A stretch of 64,000 nucleotides of DNA, taken from positions 55,430,001-55,494,000 of the forward strand of contig NC_086108.1 in assembly GCF_963921235.1 (NCBI RefSeq), read 5' to 3'. This DNA is from Mobula hypostoma (lineage: Eukaryota). The notes beneath the pieces were generated by a model. That model saw only the letters and a list, made by a program, of their open reading frames with translations, searched no databases and was not told the DNA's origin. The position numbers and the translations under genes were made by a program. This document shows positions 12,853-25,859 of this stretch, piece by piece. Within the stretch, counting starts at the first letter, position 1. Every line of letters starts with the position of its first letter.

Positions 12853-15800
12853 CTTTTTTTTTGTAATTTATTTTTTTATTGAATTTCATCATCAAAGAAA
12901 CATTTCCATAAGATGTATTTCAGATACTGTAATATATATTATATAATCATATTTGTCACAAATCTCCACATAATATTTTTCTGAGTATACACTTATAGAA
13001 AGGGGAGGAAAGAAAGAACAATCGAAAGAAGGAAACTATGTACAGGATAGGGTTACAACATATTCATTGACTTGTGAGAATAAAATCAAGCCTATGAGGC
13101 GTTATGTAGTTAAACCATTTTTCCCAGTATGAATAAAATTGTTCCAACATGATTAACAGATGCTGTTGTCTTCTCCATTTTGTAAATGTCCATTGTAATT
13201 TCCATCCATACATTTAAAGTCAGGCTCTCCTGTGATAACCATTTCCTGGTAAGGGTTTTTTACCAGCCACCAGCAGTACATTCATTAAATATTTACTGTA
13301 TATCTTTTCAACCATTCTTGAGGTATATACCCAAAATATATGGTCTTACTCTCTGAGGGTGTTTCACATTTAAAGATGTCTTGTAGGGCATTATGTATCC
13401 CACTCCAATAGTCTTTGATAACGGGGCATTCCCAGAAAATATGGTAATGGTTTGCATTTTGATTTCCACAATTTCTCCAGCAAACAGGGGGGTTACTATC
13501 ATAATGGGATTTCTGAGAGGGTGTAATAAAATATCTTATCAAGTTTTTCCACCCGAACTCCCTCCATTTCTGTGAACTGGTATACTTCCATTGATACCTC
13601 CATATTATTGTCCAGTCTTCCTCAGATATTATTATCCCTCCTTTCTTCTCCCATTTTGTTTTAATGTATGAAGTCGAATGTGTTTTAAGATTTGACAAAC
13701 CCTCAAACATGCTTGAAATGATTTTACTACCGTTGTCTGAATTATATGCTTTTCTAAATAGTTCTATCAGACATGTACCTGCCTTGGTTACATTTTTTAC
13801 CATCCTATTAACATACTGTCGCATCTGTAAATACCAGTAAAAGTCTTGTTTTTATAATAAGTGTTTCTCTTTCAGCATTTCAAAACTGAACAGTGTTCCT
13901 TCTTTCATTATATTGCAAATAAATGTAATTCCTTTAGCTGTCCAGTCCTTAAATCTAGCATCAAGTTTATTCGGCATAAAATCGGAGTCATATGCACACC
14001 ATTTAAGAATTGCAATGTCTCTCTCTAGTTTATATTCTTTTATAACAGTGTTCCATATTTTAAGAGTCCATTTCACCCACGGGTTGTCAATATTATTTAT
14101 GTAACTCTGTAGGTTGTTATCAGCCAAAATTGCCTGTATGGGGATGGAAAGTATCCTCTCCTCAATGTTTTTCCATTGAGGGCCATATGATAGGTTGCAC
14201 CAGCATATCACGGCTCTCAAATGTGCTGCAAAATAATAATCTCTAAGAGAAGGTAGGCCCCATCCCCCCTTTTCCTTGGCCAATTGCAAAGTTTTGAGAT
14301 GAACCCTAGGCCTTTTACCTTGCCATATATATCTTGATAGCATCTTGTTCCATTCATTGAATTGATTTTGGTTAATCTCTATTTGTAGGGTCTGAAAGAG
14401 ATATAATAGTCTGGGCAGTATATTCATTTTAATAGATTCAATCCTTGAACTGAGACCAAGAAAAGGAATTAGATTCCATCTTGTTATATCTTCCTTAAAT
14501 TTTTATATATATAGGCTGATAATTGAATTCTGATAATTTTGCCAAATCTTGTGGCATAATGATGCCCAAATATTTGATGGACTCTGTTTGCCATGCCCAA
14601 GGATATCTACTTTCAATTTCTCTTGGTGGGCTATAGTTTTATGAAAGTGGTTGGGTTGCATCTATGTTGATCTTGTATCCTGATAATTGGCCATATTGTT
14701 CAAAGGATTGCATCAGTTTAGGTAAAGAGTATGTTGGTTGCCCTAGGTAGATCAAAATGTCATCCGCGTAACAGGCCAATTTATGCTCTGTCCCTTTAAT
14801 AGTAATTCCCCTGATATCTTCATTTTGTCTGATGTATTGAGCTAATGGTTCCAGATATAATACGAAGAGTAGCGGTGACCATGCACAACCCTGTCTCGTG
14901 CCCCTTTCTAGGGTAAAACTATTAGATAGGTATCCATTGATTTTAATCCTAGCAGTAGGGTTGTCGTATAGTGCCTGTTTAGTTTTAATAATTGTGTCAT
15001 GTAGACTAAATCTATGTAAAACTCTGTAAAGAAAATTCCAATTAACCAAATCAAATGCCTTTTCAGCATCCATGCTGATCACTATTGCTTCAATTTCATT
15101 TTTTATATGATCCATAATGGACAGTGTCCTTCATATATTGTCTTGTTGTATAAAACCTATCTGATCATTATATATCAGTGTGGGTAGAAACTCCCCTCAT
15201 CATTTGGCCATGATGGAGGTAAATATCTATAATTCACATTAAGGACAGATATTGGTCTAAATGACCCGCATTCCATTTTATCCTTGCCTTCTTTCGGTAT
15301 AGCTGAGATTATCGCCTCCTTCCAGCTGGGTGGCATTTGTGCCTTTCTTAGGGCCCAGTTCAGTGTGAGGAGTAAAACAGGAATTAACTCACTTCTAAAC
15401 TCTTTATACCACTCTGCCGTATATCCATCTGATCCTGATGACTTGCTTAATTTAAGCCTACTAATTGCAGTTTTTAGTTCAATTTCAGTTATGTTAGCAG
15501 TCATCGTTCTATTTTGTTCTTTGCTTAAAGTGGGTAACTCTGGAGAATTCAGGAAGGTGTCAATTTGGGTTATGCTTCCCCCTGGAACTTTGGAATATAG
15601 AGTTTTGTAAAACATTTCAAAAGCTTCTTGAATTTCACTTAGCTTATTTTTTAATCACTTTTGTTCTCGGATCCCTAATTCTATGAATTGAATTTTCTGC
15701 TATCTTTTTTTTCAGTTTCCATGCCAGTATTTTCATAGATTTAGATCCACTTTCATAATGTCTCTGTTTCAGAAATATTAAATATTTTCTGATTTCTTGT

Positions 15801-16423
15801 GTAGCCAAACTTTTAATTTCATTCCTTTTTTTCTGGCATGTGCCTGCGTGCGTCCGAGTCTGTGCGTGCATGCGCGTCTGCGTGTCCGTGCGTGCGTTCG
15901 TGATGATGTCTTTTTCATGGATTTTACAAGGCGTGGAGTGAGAGAGAGAGACAGTGTGACGCACCACTCCTCAGACACACATTTTCGCAGTATTTTCCCT
16001 TTGTTTTATGAGGTCGAGTTGCGATCTCGACACTCAACCTGGCATGGATGGAAAGCGTACTCGGGGTTGGACCCGACTAGTTTTGAACCCGGGAACCTCC
16101 GCTCCCGGGTCCGGCGTCGATGTTGTTGCACCACTAGCCGGCCCATTTAATTTCATTCCTAATTTTTTAAATTTCCTCTAGTGTATCCTGTACCAAACTC
16201 AATTTGTGTTTTTTTTCTAGTTCCTTCAGTTTATTTTGTAATTCCTCAAATGTTTTATTCCTTATTTTTTTCTTATATGAAGATATCACTATAATTTTCC
16301 CTCTTAAGTCAGCCTTCAGAGTATCCCATAGAATGGGAGGTGAAACCTCTCCATTATCATTGAATTCTAAGTAAAGACCAATTTCTTTTTAAATTTGTTC
16401 CATAAAATCGGGATCATTGAGTA
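12853..16423 (-). mobile_element. L1-clade LINE, ORF2 from post-endonuclease linker to C-terminus, with A-rich tail
   Basis: ORFs 15175-15615, 14639-15115 (SMDAEKAFD, RQGCAWSPLLF, YADD), 13852-14427 and 13285-13824 (CWRNC…HIFWEC). T-rich tract with TTTATT at 12853-12880. Few disruptions. Confidence 0.95.
15827..16145 (-). mobile_element. tRNA-derived SINE inserted into the L1
   Basis: Perfect 15-bp TSD TTTAATTTCATTCCT (15812-15826, 16146-16160). On the minus strand it has an A-box-like GGCTAGTGG, a B-box GGTTCAAAAC and a short oligo-A tail. CpG-rich. Confidence 0.88.
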
Positions 16424-17138
16424 CCAGGTTTGCCCTGCCATCCGAAGGTAGAGTGCTCCTATGAAACGGTTCGTAAGCCGGAATGTCGTAAAGCGAAGAA
16501 GCAATTACCATTAATTTATATGAGAAAAATTTGTGAGCGTTCGCAGACCCAAAAATAACCTACCAAATCATGCCAAATAACACATAAAACCTAAAATAAC
16601 ACTGACATACAGTAAAAGCAGGAATGATATGATGAATACACAGCCTATGTAAAGTAGAAGTGCTTTTCCACAGTCATTGCTGCACTGTTCTCCGTAGCGA
16701 AAATCTCACGCAAGCGCTCTCAGCAGAAACACTGTGCAAGCGCTGTCCGCAAAAACACGGCGCAAGCGCTCTCCAGTAACCTTTAAGCTATGAAGCTGCC
16801 AAATCATACCAAATAACATGTAAAAATACACAGCGGATATAAAGTAGCAATAATGTATGTACAGTGTAGTATCACTTACCGGAATTGGGACAGTGCCGAG
16901 CACACTGATGATGGTGTGTTAGGCTGAGTCGTCAGAGGTTGGGGTGGTGCAGTGGCCCCCACCCTCTGGGCCATCGACCGGTACTGATCCGCGAAGCATG
17001 CAGGAGTACAGTGGAGGTCAGAATGCACTCAACACACCTTTAAGAAAAAAAAGCTGAAATAAACAAACTAATTAATTAGGTGCCGCCCGGCTCGTAAATG
17101 TTGGCCAGATCAGAGGTGACGCAATCGGCAAACTGTCT
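16424..17138. mobile_element. pogo/Tigger-like non-autonomous DNA transposon, one end only
   Basis: Begins after TA (16422-16423) with CCAGGTTTGCCCTGCCATCCGAAGG…TTCGTAAG…TCGTAAAGCGAA, a Tigger-like terminus. Internal GCAAGCGCT repeats at ~16710-16770. No matching right TIR found. Confidence 0.6.
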
Positions 17139-17140
17139 GT

Positions 17141-17845
17141 CAATCTGCCCATCTACCTTCTCCCTCACCTCCATTCAGGGCTCAAAAACAGTCCTTGCAC
17201 ATATGAATCTGTTGGGATTGTCTGTTGTATTGGTGCCTCTGATACGGTCTTTTCTACATTGTTGAGACCTGACATGAATTGGGGGACTGCTTTCTCGCGC
17301 ACCTCCATTCCGTCTGCCAAAAGGGGAATTTCCTGGTGGACAACTATTTTAATTTCTGTTCCCCCATTCCTATTCCAATATATCAGTCCGTGGTCTCCTC
17401 TTGTGCCACAATGAGACCTTTCTCAGGGTGGAAGAGCAACAACTCATATTCTGTCTCGATGCCCTCCAACCTAATGATATGAACATGGATTTCTCCTTCT
17501 GGAATTTTTTTCCCTTGTCCTTCCCTCTGCTTCTTTTTCCCACTTTGGCCTTTTCCCTCTTCTCCTCACCTGCCTATCACCTCCACCTGTTGTTTTTCTT
17601 CTTCCCTTTCTCCTATGCTACACGCTCCTTTCCTTTTAGGTTCCTTCTTCTCCGACCCTTGCTTTTCCTACACACAGCTTCCAGCTAGTCTTTCATTCCC
17701 TCTCCCCACCTTTGTATTCTGTCATCTTCCCCCTTCCTTTCCAGTGCTGAAGAAGTGTCTCTGCTTGAAACATCGACTGTTTATTCATTTCCATAGATGC
17801 TGCCTGACCTGCCGAGTTCTTCAAGTATTTAGTGTGTGTTGCTCA
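17141..17845 (+). mobile_element. Penelope-like element 3' fragment, decayed
   Basis: GIY-YIG remnant (GDCFLAHL; LRVEEQQLIFCL…QPNDMNMDFS), a pyrimidine-rich UTR and a degenerate hammerhead at 17742-17779. Confidence 0.88.
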
Positions 17846-18090
17846 GAGCATCTGAGTTCAGAGTTTAATTCCAGTGCTGTCTGGAAGAAACTTGTATGCT
17901 CTTCCCATGAATATGTGGATTTCCTCCAGGTGCTCTGGTTTCCTCCCACAGTCCAAAGACGTACTGGTTAGTGAGTTAATTGGTCATTGTAAATTGTACG
18001 GTAATTAGGCTAGGGTTAACTAGGTGGGTGGCTGGGCAGTGTGGCTTGTTGGGCTGGAAGGGCCCATTCTGAACTGTATCCCTAAATAAC
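17846..18090 (+). mobile_element. V-SINE (HE1-like) with CR1-type tail
   Basis: V-domain 'tttcctccaggtgctctggtttcctcccacagtccaaagac'. The 3' end 'gggctggaagggcccattctgaactgtat' resembles CR1 tails in this window. Confidence 0.8.
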
Positions 18091-19215
18091 ATTAATTTTA
18101 TTTCACAAGTCTTCTCAAAGCCACTGGTGACCTCCTTTCTCTGACAGACCATTTGACCCCCATTTCAGGCAGTGCAAGATCTTTTGCTGTAGACAATGTG
18201 TACGTTGCCAAGAGGCAAAATAACCAGACAGTCCAAGATCAGCTCTTGGATCTATATTTAGTTATCAGCATTTGTCTCTGACATGAAAAGATGAGCAAGT
18301 GTGTTTGCATAATATTTCCTGGTTCATATGCTGCCAAGGTCAAAGACCATTTTTGGATTGGTAGGGAAATCATTTGAGGCACTGGCCTCATTTCAGGGAA
18401 CAGCATAATCAGGGTTATGATCTGTGTAAATGGTGAATGGATGTGAATGCACTGGGGACTACTGTGATCCAAACACTACAGCTTTATCTACATTATTCAG
18501 CCGAGAGTATTTCTCTTTGCAGTCAATATTCTAGTTATTCACTTTAACAGCTTTTCAGAACCATCTTCCATTGAACAACATGGCACTGACATAATATATC
18601 AGCAGCCAAGTTAAACTTTAGCTCAACTGGGTGATGAACTAGTTCATCAGCAGACTGTGGCAACGTTAAAGCCTTTCAACGAGTTTCAGTCTATCTCTGC
18701 TTCATATTCACTTCACAACAACCAGCACAGCGGAGTGGAGAATTGCTAGATTTGGTAAGAGGTCATAATAATTTGATAATCCCAGATATGTCATCAGCTA
18801 AATTATGCTTTGGTAATTGCTTTTGCCTTGTGTCCTTTAGTACTGCTCTGTGTTAAAGTCTCATATTTTATTCACCAGACGAGTACTCTTCTCTTCCAAT
18901 AAAGGCTGTCTTCTTCACTCTGCTTAACACTTACAGATTCTGTAGGCATTCTCCTCTACAGACTCTCAGACAGGAAATTGTTCAAGTGCTAGTGACCCAA
19001 GGAATGTGCAGCAGCTATCCCTCATGGTTTTCTGAAAGATAACAGGTATAGAAAAGACTCTGAAAAATAGGTGGTTGTTTATAAACGAGCTGTAATGTAT
19101 GTGGACATTCATAGGCTACTTGGACTGAACCTCCAGCACTACCTGCTGATCTGTATAGCTCATAGTCGGTATGCTGAACAGCTGCCCTCCGGTCAACATT
19201 GTGAATAAGGATGGT

Positions 19216-19552
19216 GGTGAATATTAGTAGCTCAGGTTGAGGCATTTGATGTTGCGGTGTTCATTGAGCTTGGCAATTAGCTGACAGGTGTTTCGTCACC
19301 AGTCAGGGATATGTTTCGAAATAGATGCCACCTATAAATGCCTAAGAGCCAAGGAAACACAAGCCAATAGAATTTAAAAGCAACTGAAGGCAATCCAATC
19401 ATCACTGAGGCAAGCAAACGGGGGGGGGGGGGGCGCTATATAAACACGAGCACTCCCAAAGAGGCACCCACAACTGCGTACTGAGGATGTCACCCCAACT
19501 GGAAATGAAATGTCTGCAAACTAATTGACAAGCTTAGCTAACACCACAACAT
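19216..19552. mobile_element. Second-family Penelope-like fold-back remnant with hammerhead motif
   Basis: 19248-19304 is an inverted copy of ~19497-19552. The plus arm carries CTGAGGA-TGTCACC…GAAATGTC (19481-19514). Confidence 0.7.
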
Positions 19553-20249
19553 AATTGTAAATAAGTCTTCTATTCCAGAAATGCCATACTTTTGCAGGGA
19601 GATTTAATTAACTGTTGACTTGTATTCTGTGCAAATCATGATGGATTTGTTGCATTGACAAAGTTGATACACCCCAGAGTGCTAACAGGTTCAATTATTT
19701 TCTCTCTGGGAAGCCAGTGAATTTCATCCTCCAATTTTGGTTTCATTAAATATGCCTTATAAGGTGCTAAGCTGAAAAACCATGGTTCGGATTCTGCAGC
19801 ATTACTAATGATAATGGTTTTAAACTTTGTTTCACTATCACATCAGCATCACCAATGACTCAAATACTTTCACTTATATAGGTTTCAAGTTTATTTGTCT
19901 CCTTTAAAGTTCAGTGGTGATGTTTTCTGGCCACCCAGTGATATATTCAGCCTAGTTCATCAGTCTAGTGCTGTATTCAAACTCAGATGGAATTATTTAT
20001 TTTCATCGTAACTATCAATGGTTCAACTTTTGTAAATCAGTCTTTTTCATTAAACATTTAATGCTCCTTTGAATTAATTTTCACTTCCTTGACGTGAAAT
20101 AGTGGAAATAAGAAATTATGAGCTCCTTCAGTTTCTTTCTACTATTTAGTTTACATTTGTTGTGCAAGTTTTGGTGGTTTGAGAAGCCAAACTGTATAAT
20201 TAAAATGTTTCTTACCTGAGCCAGAATTCAGAATTCGTATGCTTATGGA

Positions 20250-20710
20250 CTCTTATGGATGCTGCTGAGTGATTCTTGTTCCTGGCCAATGTTTTTTTTT
20301 ACTTATTCTGCCAATTCTGTCGAGTGGGCTGAGATTGATAGTGCTCATTGATCCAAGGTATGCCGTGGTGTTGTAGGTTAATATTGATTCAACGAAACAT
20401 TTATAAAATGTCTGGAAAATGAATGGCTGGACCTGAAGTTTCTGCATCTTCCTAAGAAAAAATAGTCACTGTTGGCACTTGGAGAGTATCAACCCACCAT
20501 TGGTTTTGCAGGTAATTTTGTTATCTATAGTTGTGCCGAGGTACTTGTATTCTCCAACACGCCACTGGCCACTTATTTCCAGGGTTGGGACAGTGTACTG
20601 TTGTTTTCTAAAGTCCTGTACCATCTCCTTCATTTTACTGGGGTTCACTTCCAGATAGTTGTTTGTACACCATCCAGAAAATGTATTTATTTCTTCATTG
20701 ATACAACGCT
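20250..20710 (-). mobile_element. Rex1/Babar-like LINE fragment, old
   Basis: ORFs 20466-20648 (KMKEMVQDFRK…YKYLGTTID) and 20253-20447 (FYKCFVESILT). Confidence 0.8.
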
Positions 20711-20724
20711 GAGATTCACTTTCT

Positions 20725-21250
20725 TGTAGGCATCCTCAGCAAATCTATAGAATAATAACCATAACAGAATCAATGAAAGACCACCCAACTAGGGTGTTCG
20801 TCTAGAATGCAGGAGACAACAGACTGTACAAATACAAAAAGAAGGAACAATTATAAGTAAGTAAATAAATAATATTGAGGACATAAGAGGAAGAGTCCTT
20901 GAAAGTGAATCCATTGGTTGTGGGAACATTTCAATAATGAGGCGAGTGAAGTTATCCCCTTTGGTTCAAGAGCCTCATGTTTGAAGGGTAGTAACAGTTC
21001 CTGAATCTGATGGTCTGAGTCCTGATGCTCTTGTACCACCTTTCTCGTGGGAGCAGTGGGAGGAGCGTATGTCCTGGGTGGTGGAGATCCCTGATGATGC
21101 TGCTTTCCTGCATTTCACGTACTGTAGATGTGCACAATGGTTGGGAGGGCTTTACCTGTGTTGGACTAGGACATATCCACTATGCTTTGTAAGCATTTCC
21201 GTTCAAGGGCGTTATCATTTCCATTCCAGGCTTTGATGCAGACAGTCAAT
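20725..21250 (-). mobile_element. Rex1/Babar-like LINE 3' fragment
   Basis: ORF 20952-21137 (SIIRDLHHPGHTLLPLLP…YKSIRTQTIRFRNCYYP). Same 3' UTR as 24063-24600. Confidence 0.85.
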
Positions 21251-24062
21251 GTAGTATTAGGGGAATATATGAAAAGAGGATTAGCTAACCAACAGAAAAT
21301 ATTAATCTCAAGATTCAATCATGTCTAATCTTATTTGAACAATGGAACAGACGAAAGGAACCATATGGCCACTTCACTTTTCTTCTTTTATTATCCATAG
21401 GTGTAAAGGCATTTGTCTTTTCCACAAAATAGCCCTGGCTTCTCCCAGCAATGGAAAATCCCATTGTTCAATGTAAAACATGAAAGGTAAAATAAAATGA
21501 AGAAAATAACTATAATACTGAAATGATCAACCCACCTTTGTTGTCCTCCTGTGCCACAGCTGTTGAAATTTGGAGAGAATAAATTGTAGGTGGATTTTAT
21601 GATTTTTAACATTTTAATATTCCTTTATTTCTCTGTGTTTGGGTGGGTGAGGAGTTTAAAATTATTCATCAAGTATATGCTGATCGCAAAACTCAAACTG
21701 GGCTTAGGAAGTATTTTTGTGAGTTCGCCGGCCATTGTGCACCTGCAGCTCAAACACAAGTCTCATTATTGAATGATATTGAAACACGAAGGTCCACAAC
21801 ATACAATGGAACCTTCTACTCACTGTCGTGCTGGGTCCCAACTTGAACAATCTAAAACTAATACCGCTCCTTCTCTGTTCCAAATGTTGATGAAGTTTTC
21901 TTTCAGTAAGTGATTGGTCTTTGTGCCAACCACAAGAGGGGTTACAAAGTTTCTATTCGATAAACTATTCATGTGTCTTAATTTCTCCATCTAATTCTGG
22001 CTCTTAGTGTTAGTTTTCATTTGGCAATAGTTGGGATACTAGAAGTTGGTCTTTGATAAATTTGTCTTAAGCTGTTGCAAAATCAGTCAGCCTACTGTAC
22101 TCCTGATATCATTTACGTTAAATCAATGGAACCAAATGTTGATTCCACATAGTGTCTAATGCACGAGACCTCAAGTGTCTAATTCTTCAACATACAATTA
22201 GCACTAAAAGACAAAACACATTTCTGTTCCTTACTCACTTTTAACTGTTATGCTCATTTGAGTAAACAGCATGTTATAATCAAATTTGTCATTATTCTTT
22301 TTGTCTGTCTGCCCAGTATTTCGCCAATTAACATCACTAAACCAGATCACTTAAAGTTGCTGGTTATGGAATCTTGTTTTTGCATTTTCTACAAAACAAC
22401 AATGACTGTACTTAAACTATATCAGCCTAGAATTTGAAATGCATAGCAACCTATCATTAGGTACCACATGATCCAATTTTGATTTGGTACTGGAAATCAT
22501 TTCCCAGAGAAATTGCACCACTTGAGAAATTCAGCAGGGCATTAGGTGCAATCCACATTAATGTACGACATTTTCCTGGTGTTAGGCATGCTCCAAATGT
22601 TGAAGCTGACAACCTCATACTATAATTTTCACTGGAACTCAAAACATATTGCGCTAGATTTTTTTTCCCCCCTCTAAAGCATACTCTGCAGACATTGGTA
22701 GTCTTGATTGACAGTTTTAGAATTTACTACAGGATGTTTAACCATTTCCAAAGTCAACAGAGTAGACATAAACTGGAATTTTCTCTGTGGAGCATTTGGC
22801 TGCTGAGTCACTCATTCAGTGGAGATTTTGATGCCTCTCAGGGTGGATTGGGCTCCTTGGAGAAGGTGGCCCGTAGGCAAAGTGCTTTTTTTCCAGAATA
22901 TCTCCTAAGCAGCACATTGTCATCTGCAGATGTCGCACAGCCTTGCCAATCAAAAGAAGCAACTGGTGCTAGAAGAAGAAAAACAAGGTGACCTGGAACA
23001 CAAGGCTATGAAGTGGAAGCTAGAAAGCAGCATGTGAAAATGTCTACAGGATTTTAATCTTGTAGCAAGATTTCATACAAGATATTGCAGCAAATGTCAG
23101 CAAGATTTTGACTCTGCAAATGCGAATGGAAGTTTGCAGATCACACTGACGTACAGTATCTTGTGAGGATTGTAAAATTTCTTTCAGCTTCCTAGGTGGG
23201 GTTGGTGTTGTTATGGCCGCCCTGTTATACCTGACTTGCCTCCAGGAATGTATCTTGATATCTAGACATGCTTTTCTCTACATTCAATGTGGATGCTCAC
23301 TCCGCCTCACCTGCAGCCTTGTTCCTTGATGGCACCCAAAGTATGTGTTGCTGGTGTCTGGCGGCTAGTGAGGATTTTGCCTTAAAGGACTTTTCTGGTT
23401 GCCCTGCAGCAAAGTGTAGGCAGATGCACATTGTGTATAAGATGGTGTGTGATCCATCTGAAAATTGTGCAGATCCATTTTAGTGTGCGTTACTGAGTTC
23501 AAAACATCTTTCTGATGAAGCTCACTGTTTTGCGGTGGGCCATGTTGGGCATTATTGCAAAAAGCATTCATATCTTATTGTACTGAAAAACAGATGAAGT
23601 GGAATTTCTACACATTCATTTGCTTATAACTTGGTAGTCTTAATTTGTTTCCTTCAAATTCTGTTGCCTTTATCTTGGTTTAATATACAAAGATATATTA
23701 GTTGGTACAATAAACAGTTAAACATTGGGGAGTTATGAATGTAGTTTACACCAGCACTTCTTCCAGTGTCTACACTCAGTCTGGTCCAAAATTTATCAAA
23801 TATACTTGAGGAATTTATAACATTTCTTTTGCTTAACAAATTCCCTGAACATTTAATGTCCTCAAACTATAACACAGTCTATTTTAAATGAAAGTATAAA
23901 TCAGTTTTTCTTTCAAGAGTACTCACAATGCATCATAACGACTTTACCTCCTTGCTCACGAGCAATGCAATCTGTTGAGTCAAAATTGACATTTCCATCT
24001 TATTAGACAAGACAGCGATGAAAAATGGGAAAAAGTTGGGTATTGAAGTGAGCTTCATCCCA

Positions 24063-24600
24063 GTTCAAAGTAAATTTATTACCAAAGTACGTATATGTCA
24101 CTATGTATTAACCTGAGATTCATTTGCTTGTGGGCATTCATGATAAAAACAAAGAAACACAATAGAATCAGTGAACAGACTACACAAGAGCAAAGATGGA
24201 CAAAAACCAATGTGCAAAAGCCAACAAGTTGTGCAAGTGCACAAAGAGAAACAAAATAATAAATATAATAGATAAATAAGTAATAAATAATATTGAGAAC
24301 AGGAGTCCTTGAAAGGGTGCCAATAGGTTGTGGAATCACTTGGGACCTTGGTGTTGGGGTGAGTGAAGTTGTTCACTGTGGTTTAGGAGCCTGATGGTCG
24401 AAGGGTAATTACTGTTCCTGAACCTGGTGATGTGGGACCCAAGTCTCCTCTACCTCCTTCCTGATGGCAGCAGCAAGAAGAGAGCATGGACTGAATGGCG
24501 TGTGTTCTTGTTGGATGACCCTGTCCTGCAACAGTACTGCTTGTACATGTGCTTGATGGTGAGAGGACTTTACCTGTGATGGACTGGGTTATGTCCACTA
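24063..24600 (-). mobile_element. Rex1/Babar-like LINE 3' end with tail
   Basis: Tail 'ttcaaagtaaatttattaccaaagtac'. ORF 24383-24598 begins MDITQSITGKVL. Confidence 0.85.
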
Positions 24601-25055
24601 CCTTGGGTAGCCTTCAACCTGATGTCATGAATATCGATTTTTCTAACTTTTTTAACCATGCCCCCTTCCCTCTTCTTCCAATTACCACTCTGGCTCCCCC
24701 TCTTACTTATTCCCTTCTCCTCTCCTTAGCTGCCTATCACCTTCCCCTGGTGCCCCTTCTCCTTCCTTTTCTCCCAAGGGCCACCCTCCTCTATCAGATT
24801 CCTTTTCTTCACCACTTTCCCATTTCCACCTACAGTATTTTCTCACTTCATCTGCCCACACTCCTGCCCCCCACAACCCTGTTGGTTTCACCTATCATCT
24901 TCTAGCTTGTATGACTACCTCTCTCACCAACTTCTTACATTGGCTTCGTCCACCTTCCTTCCCAGTCTTGATGAAGGGTCTCAGTCCAAGACATCGACTA
25001 ATTATTCCTTTCCACAGATGCTGCCTAACCTGTGGAGTTCCTCCAACATGTTATA
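24600..25055 (+). mobile_element. Penelope-like 3' fragment
   Basis: LGSLQPDVMNIDFSNF (PLE C-terminus), a pyrimidine-rich UTR and a degenerate hammerhead at 24963-25000. Confidence 0.88.
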
Positions 25056-25249
25056 TATGTTACCCTTTGTATCTTTTCTGGCCACACTTGAAGGGTCAGA
25101 TTGTCAATTTAACCCTCGTCTCTTTGCTTTTCTGTCATTCCAATATTCAGAACATTTTAACCGTTCTTTTGGTCATATTTCCTTGGTGAGTATTTCCTTG
25201 GTAACTTCCTTGGTGTCCACATTTCCGAGGATCTCACCTGGTCCCTGAA

Positions 25250-25859
25250 CTCCTCCATCCTGATCAAAAAGGTGCAACAGTGCCTTTATTTCCTGCGGAG
25301 CATGAAGAAAGCTCACCTCTGTACCAGGATACTGACAGACTTTTACTGCTGTACCATTGAGAGCATACTCACCAACTGCATCTCAGTGTGTTATGACAAT
25401 TGTCCCGTATCAGACCACAAAGCACTGCAGCGTGTGGTGAAAACTGCCCAGCGGATTATCAGCGCCCAATTACCCACCATTGAGAACATCTACCATAAAC
25501 GCTGCCTGGGCAGGGCGAAAAGCATTATCAGGGATGCATCTCACCCTAACCATGGACTTTTTACTCTCCTCCCATCCGGTAAGCTCTCCGCTCCCGCACC
25601 AGCAGGCACAAGAAGAGCTTCTTCCCTGAGGCTGTGACACTGCTGAACCTCTCATCACAGGGCTAAGCAGTATTGCATCCGTATTGTACTGTCTCAGTAC
25701 TTTTATATTTGTGTGCTGTAGCACTTTTTTATTTGCAATTATTTTGTAAATAACACTATTCTTTGCATTTCTGGTCAGATACTAAATGCATTTCATTGGC
25801 TTTGTATCTGTACTCAGCATAATGACAATGAAGTTGAATCTAATCTAATCTAATCTAAT
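25250..25859 (+). mobile_element. Rex1/Babar-like LINE 3' end with (AATCT)n tail
   Basis: ORF 25272-25637 (QQCLYFLR…FYCCTIESILTNCISVCY…SHPNHGLFTLLPSG). Tail 'gaatctaatctaatctaatctaa'. Confidence 0.92.

Noticed and set aside
16060..16145. Possible tRNA gene
   Set aside because: It is the head of a TSD-flanked SINE, and I could not fold a complete cloverleaf.
16700..16775. Spaced GCAAGCGCT repeats resembling a CRISPR-like array
   Set aside because: Only three short units with similar spacers inside a eukaryotic transposon; an ordinary tandem repeat.
21590..23480. Short ORFs in unique sequence as additional PDE4B exons
   Set aside because: No similarity to PDE4 isoform N-termini that I recognise and no convincing splice pairs.
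25176..25215. TTCCTTGGT repeated three times
   Set aside because: Short low-complexity repeat between two TEs with no evidence of function.
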